A DNA stretch of 64,000 nt from a virus: the IMG/VR virus record IMGVR_UViG_3300009370_000003; one strand, given 5' to 3'. Below are positions 18,279 through 26,746 of this stretch, piece after piece. The position numbers and the translations under genes are program-made. Below the pieces are notes generated by a model that saw only the letters and a list, made by a program, of their open reading frames with translations, was not told the origin of the DNA and did no database searches. Numbering within the stretch: position 1 is the stretch's first letter; each line of letters opens with the position of its first letter.

Positions 18279-19002
18279 ATGACAACTCCGTCCCTTCTTC
18301 GTTATTGTTTATAGGGCTGTTATGTTTTAAGTTAAATGATATTGCAACTCGTCTAAAGTCACCTTCCTCTCGATTGATAGAATGAAATACATTACTCGGC
18401 CACATAAAACATTCTCCTTGAGTCGGAGTGATTTGTATATCTTGGTGATTGCCCGTTTGTCCTATAGCCACTGTGTTCGGCATATGTTCTTGTTTCATTT
18501 CGTCTCTTTTATGTCCCCAACTAAATTGTGATTGAATATTTGGACTGTGGAAATTTATGGGTTGGCCACCGTCATTCACTGGATAGTATGTTCCACTGAC
18601 CATTGAGTCTTGGTGATTATGTGGTAGGTGGTCGAGGTCTGCTTGCCAAACACTAACCCATGAGAATAGGTGAATATCATGTCTGCTTAAATTAGAGACT
18701 TCCATATGCCATTGGGATTGAATGAAAGATATGTAAGTATCTTTAACTTGATTTGCAAAATCTTCATACCAAGGAAACTCACACATTTCTTGTCTTTGTT
18801 CTTCAAAGAAATAGGTTGTGTAATATCGTCTTGGGTCGTCTTCGAATTGTTTGATTTTATCAATCAGTGATTCACAATCTTTTGCCACACCTTCATGTGG
18901 TAAAAGAAGACCACCTCTTAAAAAAGGTGTGGGGAATATGTAGTCAACTACATATGAGAATGGTTGAAAACTATTCTCGTTATTGATTATCGGGGGCTTC
19001 AT
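18265..19002 (-). CDS. 2OG-Fe(II) oxygenase-like protein
   Basis: IFPTP, PHNH..VSGTYY, WPSNVFHS and RVAISFN. Confidence 0.85.
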   Translation of the reverse strand: MKPPIINNENSFQPFSYVVDYIFPTPFLRGGLLLPHEGVAKDCESLIDKIKQFEDDPRRYYTTYFFEEQRQEMCEFPWYEDFANQVKDTYISFIQSQWHMEVSNLSRHDIHLFSWVSVWQADLDHLPHNHQDSMVSGTYYPVNDGGQPINFHSPNIQSQFSWGHKRDEMKQEHMPNTVAIGQTGNHQDIQITPTQGECFMWPSNVFHSINREEGDFRRVAISFNLKHNSPINNNEEGTELSYEFL

Positions 19003-19048
19003 TCTTTATCACTTTTTTCATGTTATAACATTATTTAGTCGTCAAAGT

Positions 19049-19255
19049 TCAGTCTTCAAATGAAACTACTATCTCACATATATGGTCTGTATCATTACAA
19101 AATTCTTTTACGAAATCTGAAGCAAAGAGTAATTCCTCTCTGCTTCTGACTTCTAATCTGACAACATTTCTGTTATCAATTTCGGTTGAATTGCTTTTGA
19201 CCAATTCATCGGTGAGCTCATTACGATTTCTGAATTGTCGTAAGAGGCTTACTCT
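19049..19255 (-). CDS. 68-codon -1-frame extension of the upstream lipoprotein (putative programmed frameshift product)
   Basis: open frame RVSLLRQFRNRNELTDE...IVVSFED*; no ATG; begins at the slippery site CCCAAAA (19255-19261). Confidence 0.55.
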   Translation of the reverse strand, partial: RVSLLRQFRNRNELTDELVKSNSTEIDNRNVVRLEVRSREELLFASDFVKEFCNDTDHICEIVVSFED

Positions 19256-19527
19256 TTTGGGCTTTCTGTCGCTTCTTCACCTTGTATCGCATTAGTTTCT
19301 TCATCGATGTAATCGGCAGCTTCCGCTACAACACCTGCTGTGGTATCACCCACAAATGCAGCTGCATCAACAACATCTTCTGTTACTGCTGAAACAATTT
19401 GAGAAGTACCAGTTACAACTGAATCAACAGTGCCTGTGACAACAGTTTTACCTGCTTCCCAAACTCCGCCGACTGTTGAACAACCAGCAATTAAGACTAG
19501 AAAACTTATAGCTATTAAGTTTTTCAT
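19249..19527 (-). CDS. late lipoprotein with amphipathic V/T/A-rich repeats
   Basis: LIAG-C lipobox followed by CSTV; late promoter at 19612-19617. Confidence 0.8.
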   Translation of the reverse strand: MKNLIAISFLVLIAGCSTVGGVWEAGKTVVTGTVDSVVTGTSQIVSAVTEDVVDAAAFVGDTTAGVVAEAADYIDEETNAIQGEEATESPKE

Positions 19528-19752
19528 ATCTGTTCTTCCTTATTATTATTATTATTATTACTGCTCAAACTGAGCCAGTAGATTATTTGCACTCCATGTG
19601 CAACAATATAGTATTTAGGTGTTAATGGTTCTCCAAAAGCTCATTTAAATGGGCTGTGTGATACCAAATGTCATACATTATCTCCAGTGCATGAAGCACT
19701 AGCATAATAGACAATAGCAATGCACATATCTTTAACCACTTTATCTGATGTT

Positions 19753-20301
19753 TCACTCTTTATCTTTATCTCGTGGGAATAGACCGACACTTGGTCTTCT
19801 TGATTCATCCTCTAATTTCACTCCAACACCGACTGCTGGTTCATCTTTAATGGTGACATTCCTATAATATATAATGACTTCACCCATCTGTTTGATGTAT
19901 CGTCTTAATTCTTGCATATTTGCAGACATGGCTTCATAGTCACCAATCGTAGTTGCAACAAATACGACGCTTCCACCATTCTTATCTTTAATGTCATCTA
20001 AGAATCTATCAAGATAAGTATAACCTTCTGGCCAATCAGGATTCTCTTTACCCAGTTTACAAGATTTGTCTTCATTTCTTTCTCTTATACCTTCCTCATT
20101 CTTGAGACAAGGATTGGCAATCTTTGCTTCAGATACAACATACCATTGTGGTTCAATCAAATTGATTTCCCTTGGTAATTGAGGTTGCATGATTTCAATC
20201 TCTATGGGTTTGGAAACTATCTCCACCTCTTTGGTTCCCATTAGGGAACACGAACTAAGGAGTGTTACCGCTATTAAGGCTGCTAAGCTCTTTGCTATCA
20301 T
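19753..20301 (-). CDS. outer-membrane spanin (o-spanin)-like lipoprotein
   Basis: LSSC lipobox, Pro-rich segment, C-terminal N..EL.RYI.Q...I.YY; overlaps the i-spanin gene. Confidence 0.7.
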   Translation of the reverse strand: MIAKSLAALIAVTLLSSCSLMGTKEVEIVSKPIEIEIMQPQLPREINLIEPQWYVVSEAKIANPCLKNEEGIRERNEDKSCKLGKENPDWPEGYTYLDRFLDDIKDKNGGSVVFVATTIGDYEAMSANMQELRRYIKQMGEVIIYYRNVTIKDEPAVGVGVKLEDESRRPSVGLFPRDKDKE

Positions 20302-20635
20302 CTTCTATACTCTTAAATACATCAGCTGTTCCTTTGTTTATTCGGATTTCAATTAAGCCCGGCCTTGCCTCTGCCAACTGATTTAAATTATGCCTACGAA
20401 ATATATCTAAGTATTCGTTCTTCTCCTGCTCAATCTGAGCATTACGAGCTGTCATTTGCATTAAGGATTGACCTTGCTTCTCATATGACTCTTTCATCAC
20501 TGCCATTGCAGCTGTCTGTTCTTCGATTGCAACTTCGAGCTTATAGTTATTTGCTTTCAGTGTTTGATTATCACTGTATAAGAAATAACTAAAAAGACCA
20601 AGTGCAACCAGTAAACCTATTAATACTTGTTGCAT
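20255..20635 (-). CDS. inner-membrane spanin (i-spanin)-like protein
   Basis: N-terminal TM, coiled coil and L...A.PGLIE.RIN. Confidence 0.7.
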   Translation of the reverse strand: MQQVLIGLLVALGLFSYFLYSDNQTLKANNYKLEVAIEEQTAAMAVMKESYEKQGQSLMQMTARNAQIEQEKNEYLDIFRRHNLNQLAEARPGLIEIRINKGTADVFKSIEDDSKELSSLNSGNTP

Positions 20636-20907
20636 TATACTTCCTCTATTCGATAATTTAATCCAGCTGCTGATCGAATCACTACTGGACTTTTATCGTT
20701 ATCTATGAACTTGAGTTCATTTGTTGTTTGTTTTGTGATTTTTCGGACATCTTCAAAGTATTGGTCATCACTATCACCCCATTCACTATTGTAAGATACA
20801 TGTATATTATATCTCGTAACAAAAAGAGACCGAACCCACTCATATAGGGTTCTCATTATTTTCTTAAATTTAAGATAAAACTTTCTCTTTCTTGTCATTT
20901 TGCCCAT
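20635..20907 (-). CDS. conserved hypothetical late protein
   Basis: TATAAATA at 20913-20920; ends GLNYRIEE. Confidence 0.65.
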   Translation of the reverse strand: MGKMTRKRKFYLKFKKIMRTLYEWVRSLFVTRYNIHVSYNSEWGDSDDQYFEDVRKITKQTTNELKFIDNDKSPVVIRSAAGLNYRIEEV

Positions 20908-20925
20908 ACTGTTATTTATAGCATA

Positions 20926-20949
20926 AGAAAAACCACCCGAAGGTGGTCT
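20926..20949 (-). terminator. rho-independent terminator after the ligase gene
   Basis: AGACCACC-TTCG-GGTGGTTT followed by TTCTT. Confidence 0.8.
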
Positions 20950-21007
20950 TCCCTAGAAAGGGCGGTTGGGTAATGAACCCAACTCTTATACTAGACTCAT
21001 GTAGCCC

Positions 21008-22090
21008 TTAATCCTCTCTTTTTCCAACACCCCAATCAATTACGACTGGAAATCTTGGAATGTTATCTACTGACCTTTCGAAAAATCGACAAGTCACCCA
21101 TGTTGGTTTCACTTCTTGTTCTAGAAGTTCTTTCAAGGTTTCTTGATTACCTCTAACACCACTATTAAATGTTTCTGTTCCGTCTGTAAGAATAAAGTGT
21201 TTAGCATATCCAGCCCAGTTACCTGAACCTTCTAATACTTCTACAACATCAAACTCTTCTGTGATAAACTCTTTTCTTTTAAGAAGATTCTTACTTCTCT
21301 TGTTGTCATATGGTGTGTCGTTACGAACCATTTGTCCTTCGTAACCAGCTTCTGTGTATTCTGAATACAGTTCGTCTAACTGTTCTTGGTCATTACAAAC
21401 AGAAGTTTCAACAGTAACTATTGGAAGTTCAAACATTTGGTCTTCTATAAACATCATTCTATCTAGAAAATTATCTGTTCCCGCCATATCATATACATGA
21501 TATTGAACTTTATCAAATGTTTCAATCTGTTCTTCTTCTGTTGGTTTTACTTTCCTAACAAGACTTACAATCTTTTGGAAGTCTGACTTTAATTCGTGAT
21601 TGTAAAGCTCACCGTCTAAAATAACATCAGGGTACTCTTTAAAAAACGGTTCAAGTGCTACGAATATATGTTCACAAGTTGTAATCTCTTTACCAGCTCT
21701 TGTGTAAAGTCCGTCTTTCCTTGCAATGCACCTAATACCATCTAACTTAGGTTGACTAATACCACTTGATTGTGGTCTTTTTGTGTAGTCATGTGCAAGT
21801 TGTGGTTTAAACTTATCGTAGGTATCAATCTTTTTAATATCTTCAAAGTATTCTTTTTCTACTTTTTTATCCCAATCTGCATTAGCTTCTTTGACTGCTT
21901 GTTCAAAAGCAGTAGTAGCATTAGCTTTACCTTCATTCTTAGGGGTGGCTTCTTTCCAACCACTCTTAACTAAGTTACCTTCATGAATTCCAGCAATCGT
22001 TCTAGTTGCAGCATCTTTATATTGGATAGTCCATTCACGAACCTTTCCAGTTGTATCTCTTTTATAGAGGGTTGGTAAACTATTAATCAT
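21008..22090 (-). CDS. ATP-dependent DNA ligase (probable start MINSLPT at 22090)
   Basis: QPKLDGIR, LDGELY, YHVYD, EGQMVR, LLKRK and PRFPV. Confidence 0.93.
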   Translation of the reverse strand: MINSLPTLYKRDTTGKVREWTIQYKDAATRTIAGIHEGNLVKSGWKEATPKNEGKANATTAFEQAVKEANADWDKKVEKEYFEDIKKIDTYDKFKPQLAHDYTKRPQSSGISQPKLDGIRCIARKDGLYTRAGKEITTCEHIFVALEPFFKEYPDVILDGELYNHELKSDFQKIVSLVRKVKPTEEEQIETFDKVQYHVYDMAGTDNFLDRMMFIEDQMFELPIVTVETSVCNDQEQLDELYSEYTEAGYEGQMVRNDTPYDNKRSKNLLKRKEFITEEFDVVEVLEGSGNWAGYAKHFILTDGTETFNSGVRGNQETLKELLEQEVKPTWVTCRFFERSVDNIPRFPVVIDWGVGKRED

Positions 22091-22590
22091 TTGTTTCTTA
22101 ATTCCTTTAATGCATTGATTGTATCTCTTGCACAAGTGTGAACAATTCCAATACCACCAGCATCTTCCCAAGCTTTAATGTTCTTTGGTCTGTCGTCTAT
22201 CAATACATTGCCCGGCAATGCATATGCAGCCTTCTGTGTTCCAGTAAATGTGCAGTTGACTACAACACTCGGGTCAACCCATTTAGCAGTCCAAGCTTTC
22301 TTGTCATAAACTACTAACTCTCTGTTTACTAAACCAGCAGCAGTCAAAATCTCCCATGGCAATCCAGTGTGCTTGATATATGCAACCAAGTCATACATGT
22401 CAATCATAGGTGGAAGATTTGCAAACATTCTTTTGTTCGTTAATTCTTCCTTTCTCTTGTCATAGTCGGAGTGACCTTTGTCGTCATTAGTCATAGGGTG
22501 ACCAATATATTCCTCACAACCCTTCAAAAAGTCGGTAAGAACACCGTCCATGTCCACAAAAATATAATTTATCTTTGTATTTTCTACCAT
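22087..22590 (-). CDS. HAD-family 5'(3')-deoxyribonucleotidase-like protein
   Basis: DMDGVLTDF, ILTA, LIDDR and W..AGG.GI. Confidence 0.88.
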   Translation of the reverse strand: MVENTKINYIFVDMDGVLTDFLKGCEEYIGHPMTNDDKGHSDYDKRKEELTNKRMFANLPPMIDMYDLVAYIKHTGLPWEILTAAGLVNRELVVYDKKAWTAKWVDPSVVVNCTFTGTQKAAYALPGNVLIDDRPKNIKAWEDAGGIGIVHTCARDTINALKELRNK

Positions 22591-22811
22591 TCTTTGTAGA
22601 ACCCTTCTTTTTCGTTATCGTTATAACCTTTCATGTAAATCTTTATTTCATATGGAGTTAATTCTGTCACCCTAGGGCCGTTATAGGTTCCAAGGGGAAA
22701 GTAGTGAGGATTTATACCTCGTCTATAATAAGAGTCGCAAGTACCTCTATCGTAAAGACCACCATTGACTGTATGTTTTTCTGCAATTCCTTCTGTATTA
22801 TATGGACTCAT
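22584..22811 (-). CDS. conserved phage hypothetical protein
   Basis: GGLYDRG..DSYYRR...PHY motif; start after the GGAG SD and the promoter at 22842-22871. Confidence 0.7.
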   Translation of the reverse strand: MSPYNTEGIAEKHTVNGGLYDRGTCDSYYRRGINPHYFPLGTYNGPRVTELTPYEIKIYMKGYNDNEKEGFYKEW

Positions 22812-22841
22812 AATTACTCCTTTTTTCCCATTTCTACATAC

Positions 22842-22871
22842 ATTATACTTAAAAATGGAAGGCATTGTCAA
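22842..22871 (-). promoter_or_regulatory. sigma70-type promoter
   Basis: TTGACA-N18-TATAAT. Confidence 0.8.
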
Positions 22872-23182
22872 GGCAAAAAGGGCTGTTTTTCGTAAATATA
22901 TGCCTCATTTTCGTCTATTTTTCCGTCAATTAGCACCTGTTTTAGGTGCATCATCTCATGAGCAAGGGTTATTTCCTTCTCATCGTCCATTTTGATATAA
23001 ATGTCAATATAAGTCCTTTTTCCTAGGACTCTAGGGTACTCTATAAGGCCCTTTTGGGACATAGATGGGGGTAACCTCTTGATATGGACTATAGCGTCCT
23101 TAGAATCGACGCTAAGTGCCTTAGAATGCATTACTGCAAGGTCAAGTAATCTGTCTTGTTTACAGTAAATCTCCATTATCAT
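22868..23182 (-). CDS. HExxH metallopeptidase-like protein
   Basis: TLAHEMMHLKQ...E.EAY. Confidence 0.65.
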   Translation of the reverse strand: MIMEIYCKQDRLLDLAVMHSKALSVDSKDAIVHIKRLPPSMSQKGLIEYPRVLGKRTYIDIYIKMDDEKEITLAHEMMHLKQVLIDGKIDENEAYIYEKQPFLP

Positions 23183-23333
23183 ACTCTAGTTCTTCGACTT
23201 GGTCAGGGTCGACTTCACAACCACAAAATGGACAATGACATACAACATAATGGTGGATATCCATTTCATGTTCTATATCACACTCTGATTTGCAATTTGA
23301 ACAATAACACTTAATTATTTGAGATTCAGTCAT
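23160..23333 (-). CDS. small zinc-ribbon protein (57 aa, not in the track)
   Basis: CSNC...CPFCG. Confidence 0.6.
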   Translation of the reverse strand: MTESQIIKCYCSNCKSECDIEHEMDIHHYVVCHCPFCGCEVDPDQVEELEYDNGDLL

Positions 23334-23575
23334 GATAGTTTCTTTTCTCCTATCGCTTCAGTGAATAAATTTTCCATACTTTTCTTCTTGCCGTTGATAG
23401 TCGCGTATGGAAGTGGGTGTGGACTATCACTTAAATAAAAATCTAGACCCTCTATATAGACACGAACTTCTGCACTTGTATTGTCTATGCGAATGCTTCT
23501 AAAGATATGCTGATACCTCATACATTCTACATCCCAATCCTTTTCTTTGGGAAGATATAATTTAAATTTCTTCAC
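23330..23575 (-). CDS. hypothetical protein
   Basis: ORF within the operon. Confidence 0.5.
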   Translation of the reverse strand: MKKFKLYLPKEKDWDVECMRYQHIFRSIRIDNTSAEVRVYIEGLDFYLSDSPHPLPYATINGKKKSMENLFTEAIGEKKLS

Positions 23576-23852
23576 CTACATATCTCTCTTTAAGATACTT
23601 TTGCCATAACCAATCAGTATATTTAGCAACATAGGCTTCTCTATCTAATCTATTTGGTGCTGATAATGGGTCGTTGTGTTCGTCACAATAGTCTAACCAC
23701 ATTCTTGTGCAGAATGATCTAAACGGTGCTTCTGTTCTATCCACCATGACTTTCGTGACTTGGCCAGATATTTTTGGGTCTACTGCTTGAAACATTACCC
23801 CTCTTCTCATGCCATTTTCTAAATTCATCATATCCGCCAATGGCTTCACCAT
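23562..23852 (-). CDS. hypothetical protein (true start probably downstream, near MVDRTE)
   Basis: F..FC.RMWLDYCDE motif. Confidence 0.55.
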   Translation of the reverse strand: MVKPLADMMNLENGMRRGVMFQAVDPKISGQVTKVMVDRTEAPFRSFCTRMWLDYCDEHNDPLSAPNRLDREAYVAKYTDWLWQKYLKERYVGEEI

Positions 23853-24051
23853 TAACTCTTATTTGTGGGAATGTTCTTGCATTAGGGAACTGTTCAAGTA
23901 ATTCCTCTCGTGTAAAATCTTCGTCTAATTGCTTGTATATAAATTGATACCGTTGTGTCTGACACAAGAACTTTGCTTTCTCACAAAATGGACATTGTGG
24001 TTTACCAAATATTTCAATCATATTCCCTCCAAAAATCATTTTCGAAGGCAA
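23737..24051 (-). CDS. glutaredoxin (NrdC-like; probable start MIEIFGK at ~24020)
   Basis: CPFC, RTFPQI and IGGY. Confidence 0.93.
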   Translation of the reverse strand: MPSKMIFGGNMIEIFGKPQCPFCEKAKFLCQTQRYQFIYKQLDEDFTREELLEQFPNARTFPQIRVNGEAIGGYDEFRKWHEKRGNVSSSRPKNIWPSHESHGG

Positions 24052-24117
24052 CTTGAATTCCTACATGTATTGCACTATCAACAAGTATTAATACTCCAAA
24101 CATAATCCAACCTGATA

Positions 24118-24276
24118 TCATCTTCCTTGTCCTCTGTATGCTTTGTGTGATTTCTTTTTTGATTTGTTCATCGTTGACATTGATATCTTAGTTTTTCTAC
24201 CTCTACCACCTTGTCCAATAGAAGATGCTTTTGGTGTAGTATCTCTTACATGTCTGAATAGTCCTGATTTTCTCAT
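24118..24276 (-). CDS. small highly basic protein (52 aa, not in the track)
   Basis: MRKSGLF...SSIGQGG...STMNK.KKKS.K.YRGQGR; AGGAG SD. Confidence 0.7.
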   Translation of the reverse strand: MRKSGLFRHVRDTTPKASSIGQGGRGRKTKISMSTMNKSKKKSHKAYRGQGR

Positions 24277-24288
24277 TGCTCTCCTGTG

Positions 24289-24555
24289 TTAAAGTTTAAT
24301 TGCTAATAGTATGAATATCCCAAGTAGTGTGATTTCAACTAAAAACATTAGGCCTGCAAGAATGGTATGATACCATATCCACCTAGTCGCATATGCATTT
24401 TCTATTGATACTTCATCAGGGTCAGGTGAATATCTGTAAGACGGTTCATCTGTTATATCTCCCATGCCATGTAGTTTCTCTTCTACTTCTTGAATTCTTG
24501 TAACGAGCTCATCTTCCTCTTTGCTTCCCCATAATATGTGATACCATTTTTTCAT
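24289..24555 (-). CDS. hypothetical protein with a C-terminal TM segment
   Basis: SIENAY.TRWIWYHTIL motif. Confidence 0.65.
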   Translation of the reverse strand: MKKWYHILWGSKEEDELVTRIQEVEEKLHGMGDITDEPSYRYSPDPDEVSIENAYATRWIWYHTILAGLMFLVEITLLGIFILLAIKL

Positions 24556-25649
24556 AACTTAAAGTCCGTAAATGTGTCGTCATCGACATCTTGTTTAATT
24601 CCACCAATGACATACGATTCTATTTCGGTCTCTTGTGGTGCGTTCTGTAATCCTCTACTCGTAAACCAATGTTGTGTCCATGGTAAAGGGTTATTAACAC
24701 TGGATATATCATAAAGTGGTGATAATCCTAGCATTCTTAGTCTTTTATTTGCAATGTATTCTATATAGTTTCCCAGTAATGGAACTGATAGTCCAATCAT
24801 TGAACCGTCTTTGAATAGGAACTCTGCCCATTCTTTCTCTTGTGTTACTGCGTCCTCATACATTTGATAAACTTCTTTCTCACAATCCTTCATAACCTTT
24901 GTCATGAGTTTATCCTTTTCGGTATTTTTATATGCTTTCAGGATATGCTGTGTTATGCCCAAATGTTGGCTCTCGTCTCTCGCTATCAACGAGATAATCT
25001 TTGCACTTCCTTCCATGAGTTTTAACTCACCAAATGCAAATGAACATGCAAAGGATACAAAGAATCTAATACCTTCTAAGATATTAACTGATATCAATGC
25101 AAGGTAAAGTGCCTTATATAAATCATAATCGTCTACTTTAAGGTTCAGTAATTTCCTTCTACCTAGAGCTATGAAATGGTCATACTTTGCAGTCACCATT
25201 TCTGCTCTCTTAACGATTGCCTCTTCTTGTAATATTGTATCAAAGATATCACTTGGGTCTGAATACACATTCTTGATAATGTGTGTATAAGACCTACTGT
25301 GTATCGTCTCCATAAAGTCCCAAGTGATAATACAAGATTCCAGTTCAGGGAGAGTCACAAAAGGTAGAAATGCTATGCTTGGAGCTCTACCCTGAACGGA
25401 ATCCAGTAAGGTTTGATACCTCAAGTTTGAGGTAAATATATGTTTCTGTGCTTTGTTTAATGTCGTATAATCAGCACGGTCTTTCTGTAAGGACACCTCT
25501 TCGGGTCTCCAAAAGAATCCTAATTGTTTCTGTGTTAGTTTATCAAACACTGGATATTTGAATTCATCAAATCGTTGGGTGTTAAGTGGTTCTCCAAAAA
25601 ACATTTTCTGTTTCGTGAAGTCTACTTGATTTTTATTAAATACTGTCAT
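24552..25649 (-). CDS. nrdB: ribonucleotide reductase class Ia beta subunit
   Basis: FFWRPEEV, LDSVQGR, ETIHSRSY, EGIRFFVSF, RDESQH and APQETE. Confidence 0.97.
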   Translation of the reverse strand: MTVFNKNQVDFTKQKMFFGEPLNTQRFDEFKYPVFDKLTQKQLGFFWRPEEVSLQKDRADYTTLNKAQKHIFTSNLRYQTLLDSVQGRAPSIAFLPFVTLPELESCIITWDFMETIHSRSYTHIIKNVYSDPSDIFDTILQEEAIVKRAEMVTAKYDHFIALGRRKLLNLKVDDYDLYKALYLALISVNILEGIRFFVSFACSFAFGELKLMEGSAKIISLIARDESQHLGITQHILKAYKNTEKDKLMTKVMKDCEKEVYQMYEDAVTQEKEWAEFLFKDGSMIGLSVPLLGNYIEYIANKRLRMLGLSPLYDISSVNNPLPWTQHWFTSRGLQNAPQETEIESYVIGGIKQDVDDDTFTDFKL

Positions 25650-26746
25650 TATGCTGGTGTCTGTCTCGGGGTTTTAACTATTTCAGCGTTCTTGTGTTGT
25701 GTCTCAAAGATATTAGGATCGTTTTCTACAACCTTTCCGTCCACTATTTGTTTAAATTCTTGATATCTATTAACGAAATCTGACTTTTGATGCACAGCCC
25801 ATATTTCTTTATTGTGCCATACATCTGACATTAATTTCTCGTGTGATTTGAATTCCCAACTGTCTACATCTTGAGGGTGATATCTAGACCGTCTTCCATC
25901 AAATCTACAAGGGAAAACTGGGTCATTTTGTGCTCTAATATGCTGGGGTTGAGTGTCTGCTACTCGGTCTGCGCCAGGCATTGAAAGCATGTTAGTGGTT
26001 TTGTTATAAAAATGTAAAAACATATGATAACTTTCATTACCTAAAAGATACTCTCTCCAGTGTGCAACATTTGGGCCTTGATACATTAATACATCACCAA
26101 CCTCTAAATCTATTCTCTTTGCATTCTTTCTTTGTCTAATAGGAACTGCTTGAGTATTTTCCCAAATTTCATTTGGAGTATTAATCCAGTCTTTACTATT
26201 ATCAACCCATATTGGCCATGGTCTATTGTCGTCTGTCTTATAATCTAGACAAATTGTTGCACTGACTTCACATGAAGGTCTATCAGCATGTGCTTTAAGA
26301 TATGCACCTCTTTGATACTTTCTTGTGTACGAATATGTTTCTTGAAGGTTAAGGTCAATTACATCTTTTAATGCTTCCCATAACCACCTATGTAATGCAA
26401 CACCCATAGGTGAACACCACATACCATTTGATTTGTAAAATGAATCCTCGGGAGCTTTTTTATCAATGATTAACTCTTCTAACTCTAAATGTTGTGACAT
26501 GTCAGGGTCGAGTTCCATTCTCTTCCATGCGTCCAAAGCCATGTTGATAATGTCTTTAGGAATGAAATCTCTTAATATGACATACCCCTCTTTCATGAAT
26601 TTCCATGTTTCGGGATTAGTTGAACCAGCTAATACAGTCCCACCCTTACCTTTCTTAATGTCTTCTGAGATTGCGCCTTCTACAATATACTGTATCGTTC
26701 TGTCTTCAAATTGAACAGGCATCGCAGTCTTCCTCACTTTCTTCAT
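25649..26746 (-). CDS. 2OG-Fe(II) oxygenase-like protein between nrdA and nrdB
   Basis: TYSYTRKY..G..L..HADRPSCEVSAT, GD..MY.G....HWRE and FLHF. Confidence 0.8.
   Translation of the reverse strand: MKKVRKTAMPVQFEDRTIQYIVEGAISEDIKKGKGGTVLAGSTNPETWKFMKEGYVILRDFIPKDIINMALDAWKRMELDPDMSQHLELEELIIDKKAPEDSFYKSNGMWCSPMGVALHRWLWEALKDVIDLNLQETYSYTRKYQRGAYLKAHADRPSCEVSATICLDYKTDDNRPWPIWVDNSKDWINTPNEIWENTQAVPIRQRKNAKRIDLEVGDVLMYQGPNVAHWREYLLGNESYHMFLHFYNKTTNMLSMPGADRVADTQPQHIRAQNDPVFPCRFDGRRSRYHPQDVDSWEFKSHEKLMSDVWHNKEIWAVHQKSDFVNRYQEFKQIVDGKVVENDPNIFETQHKNAEIVKTPRQTPA

Noticed and set aside
24118-24276. Small basic ORF read as a ribosomal protein
   Set aside because: It is basic but shows no bS21, bL33 or similar signature that I can recognise.
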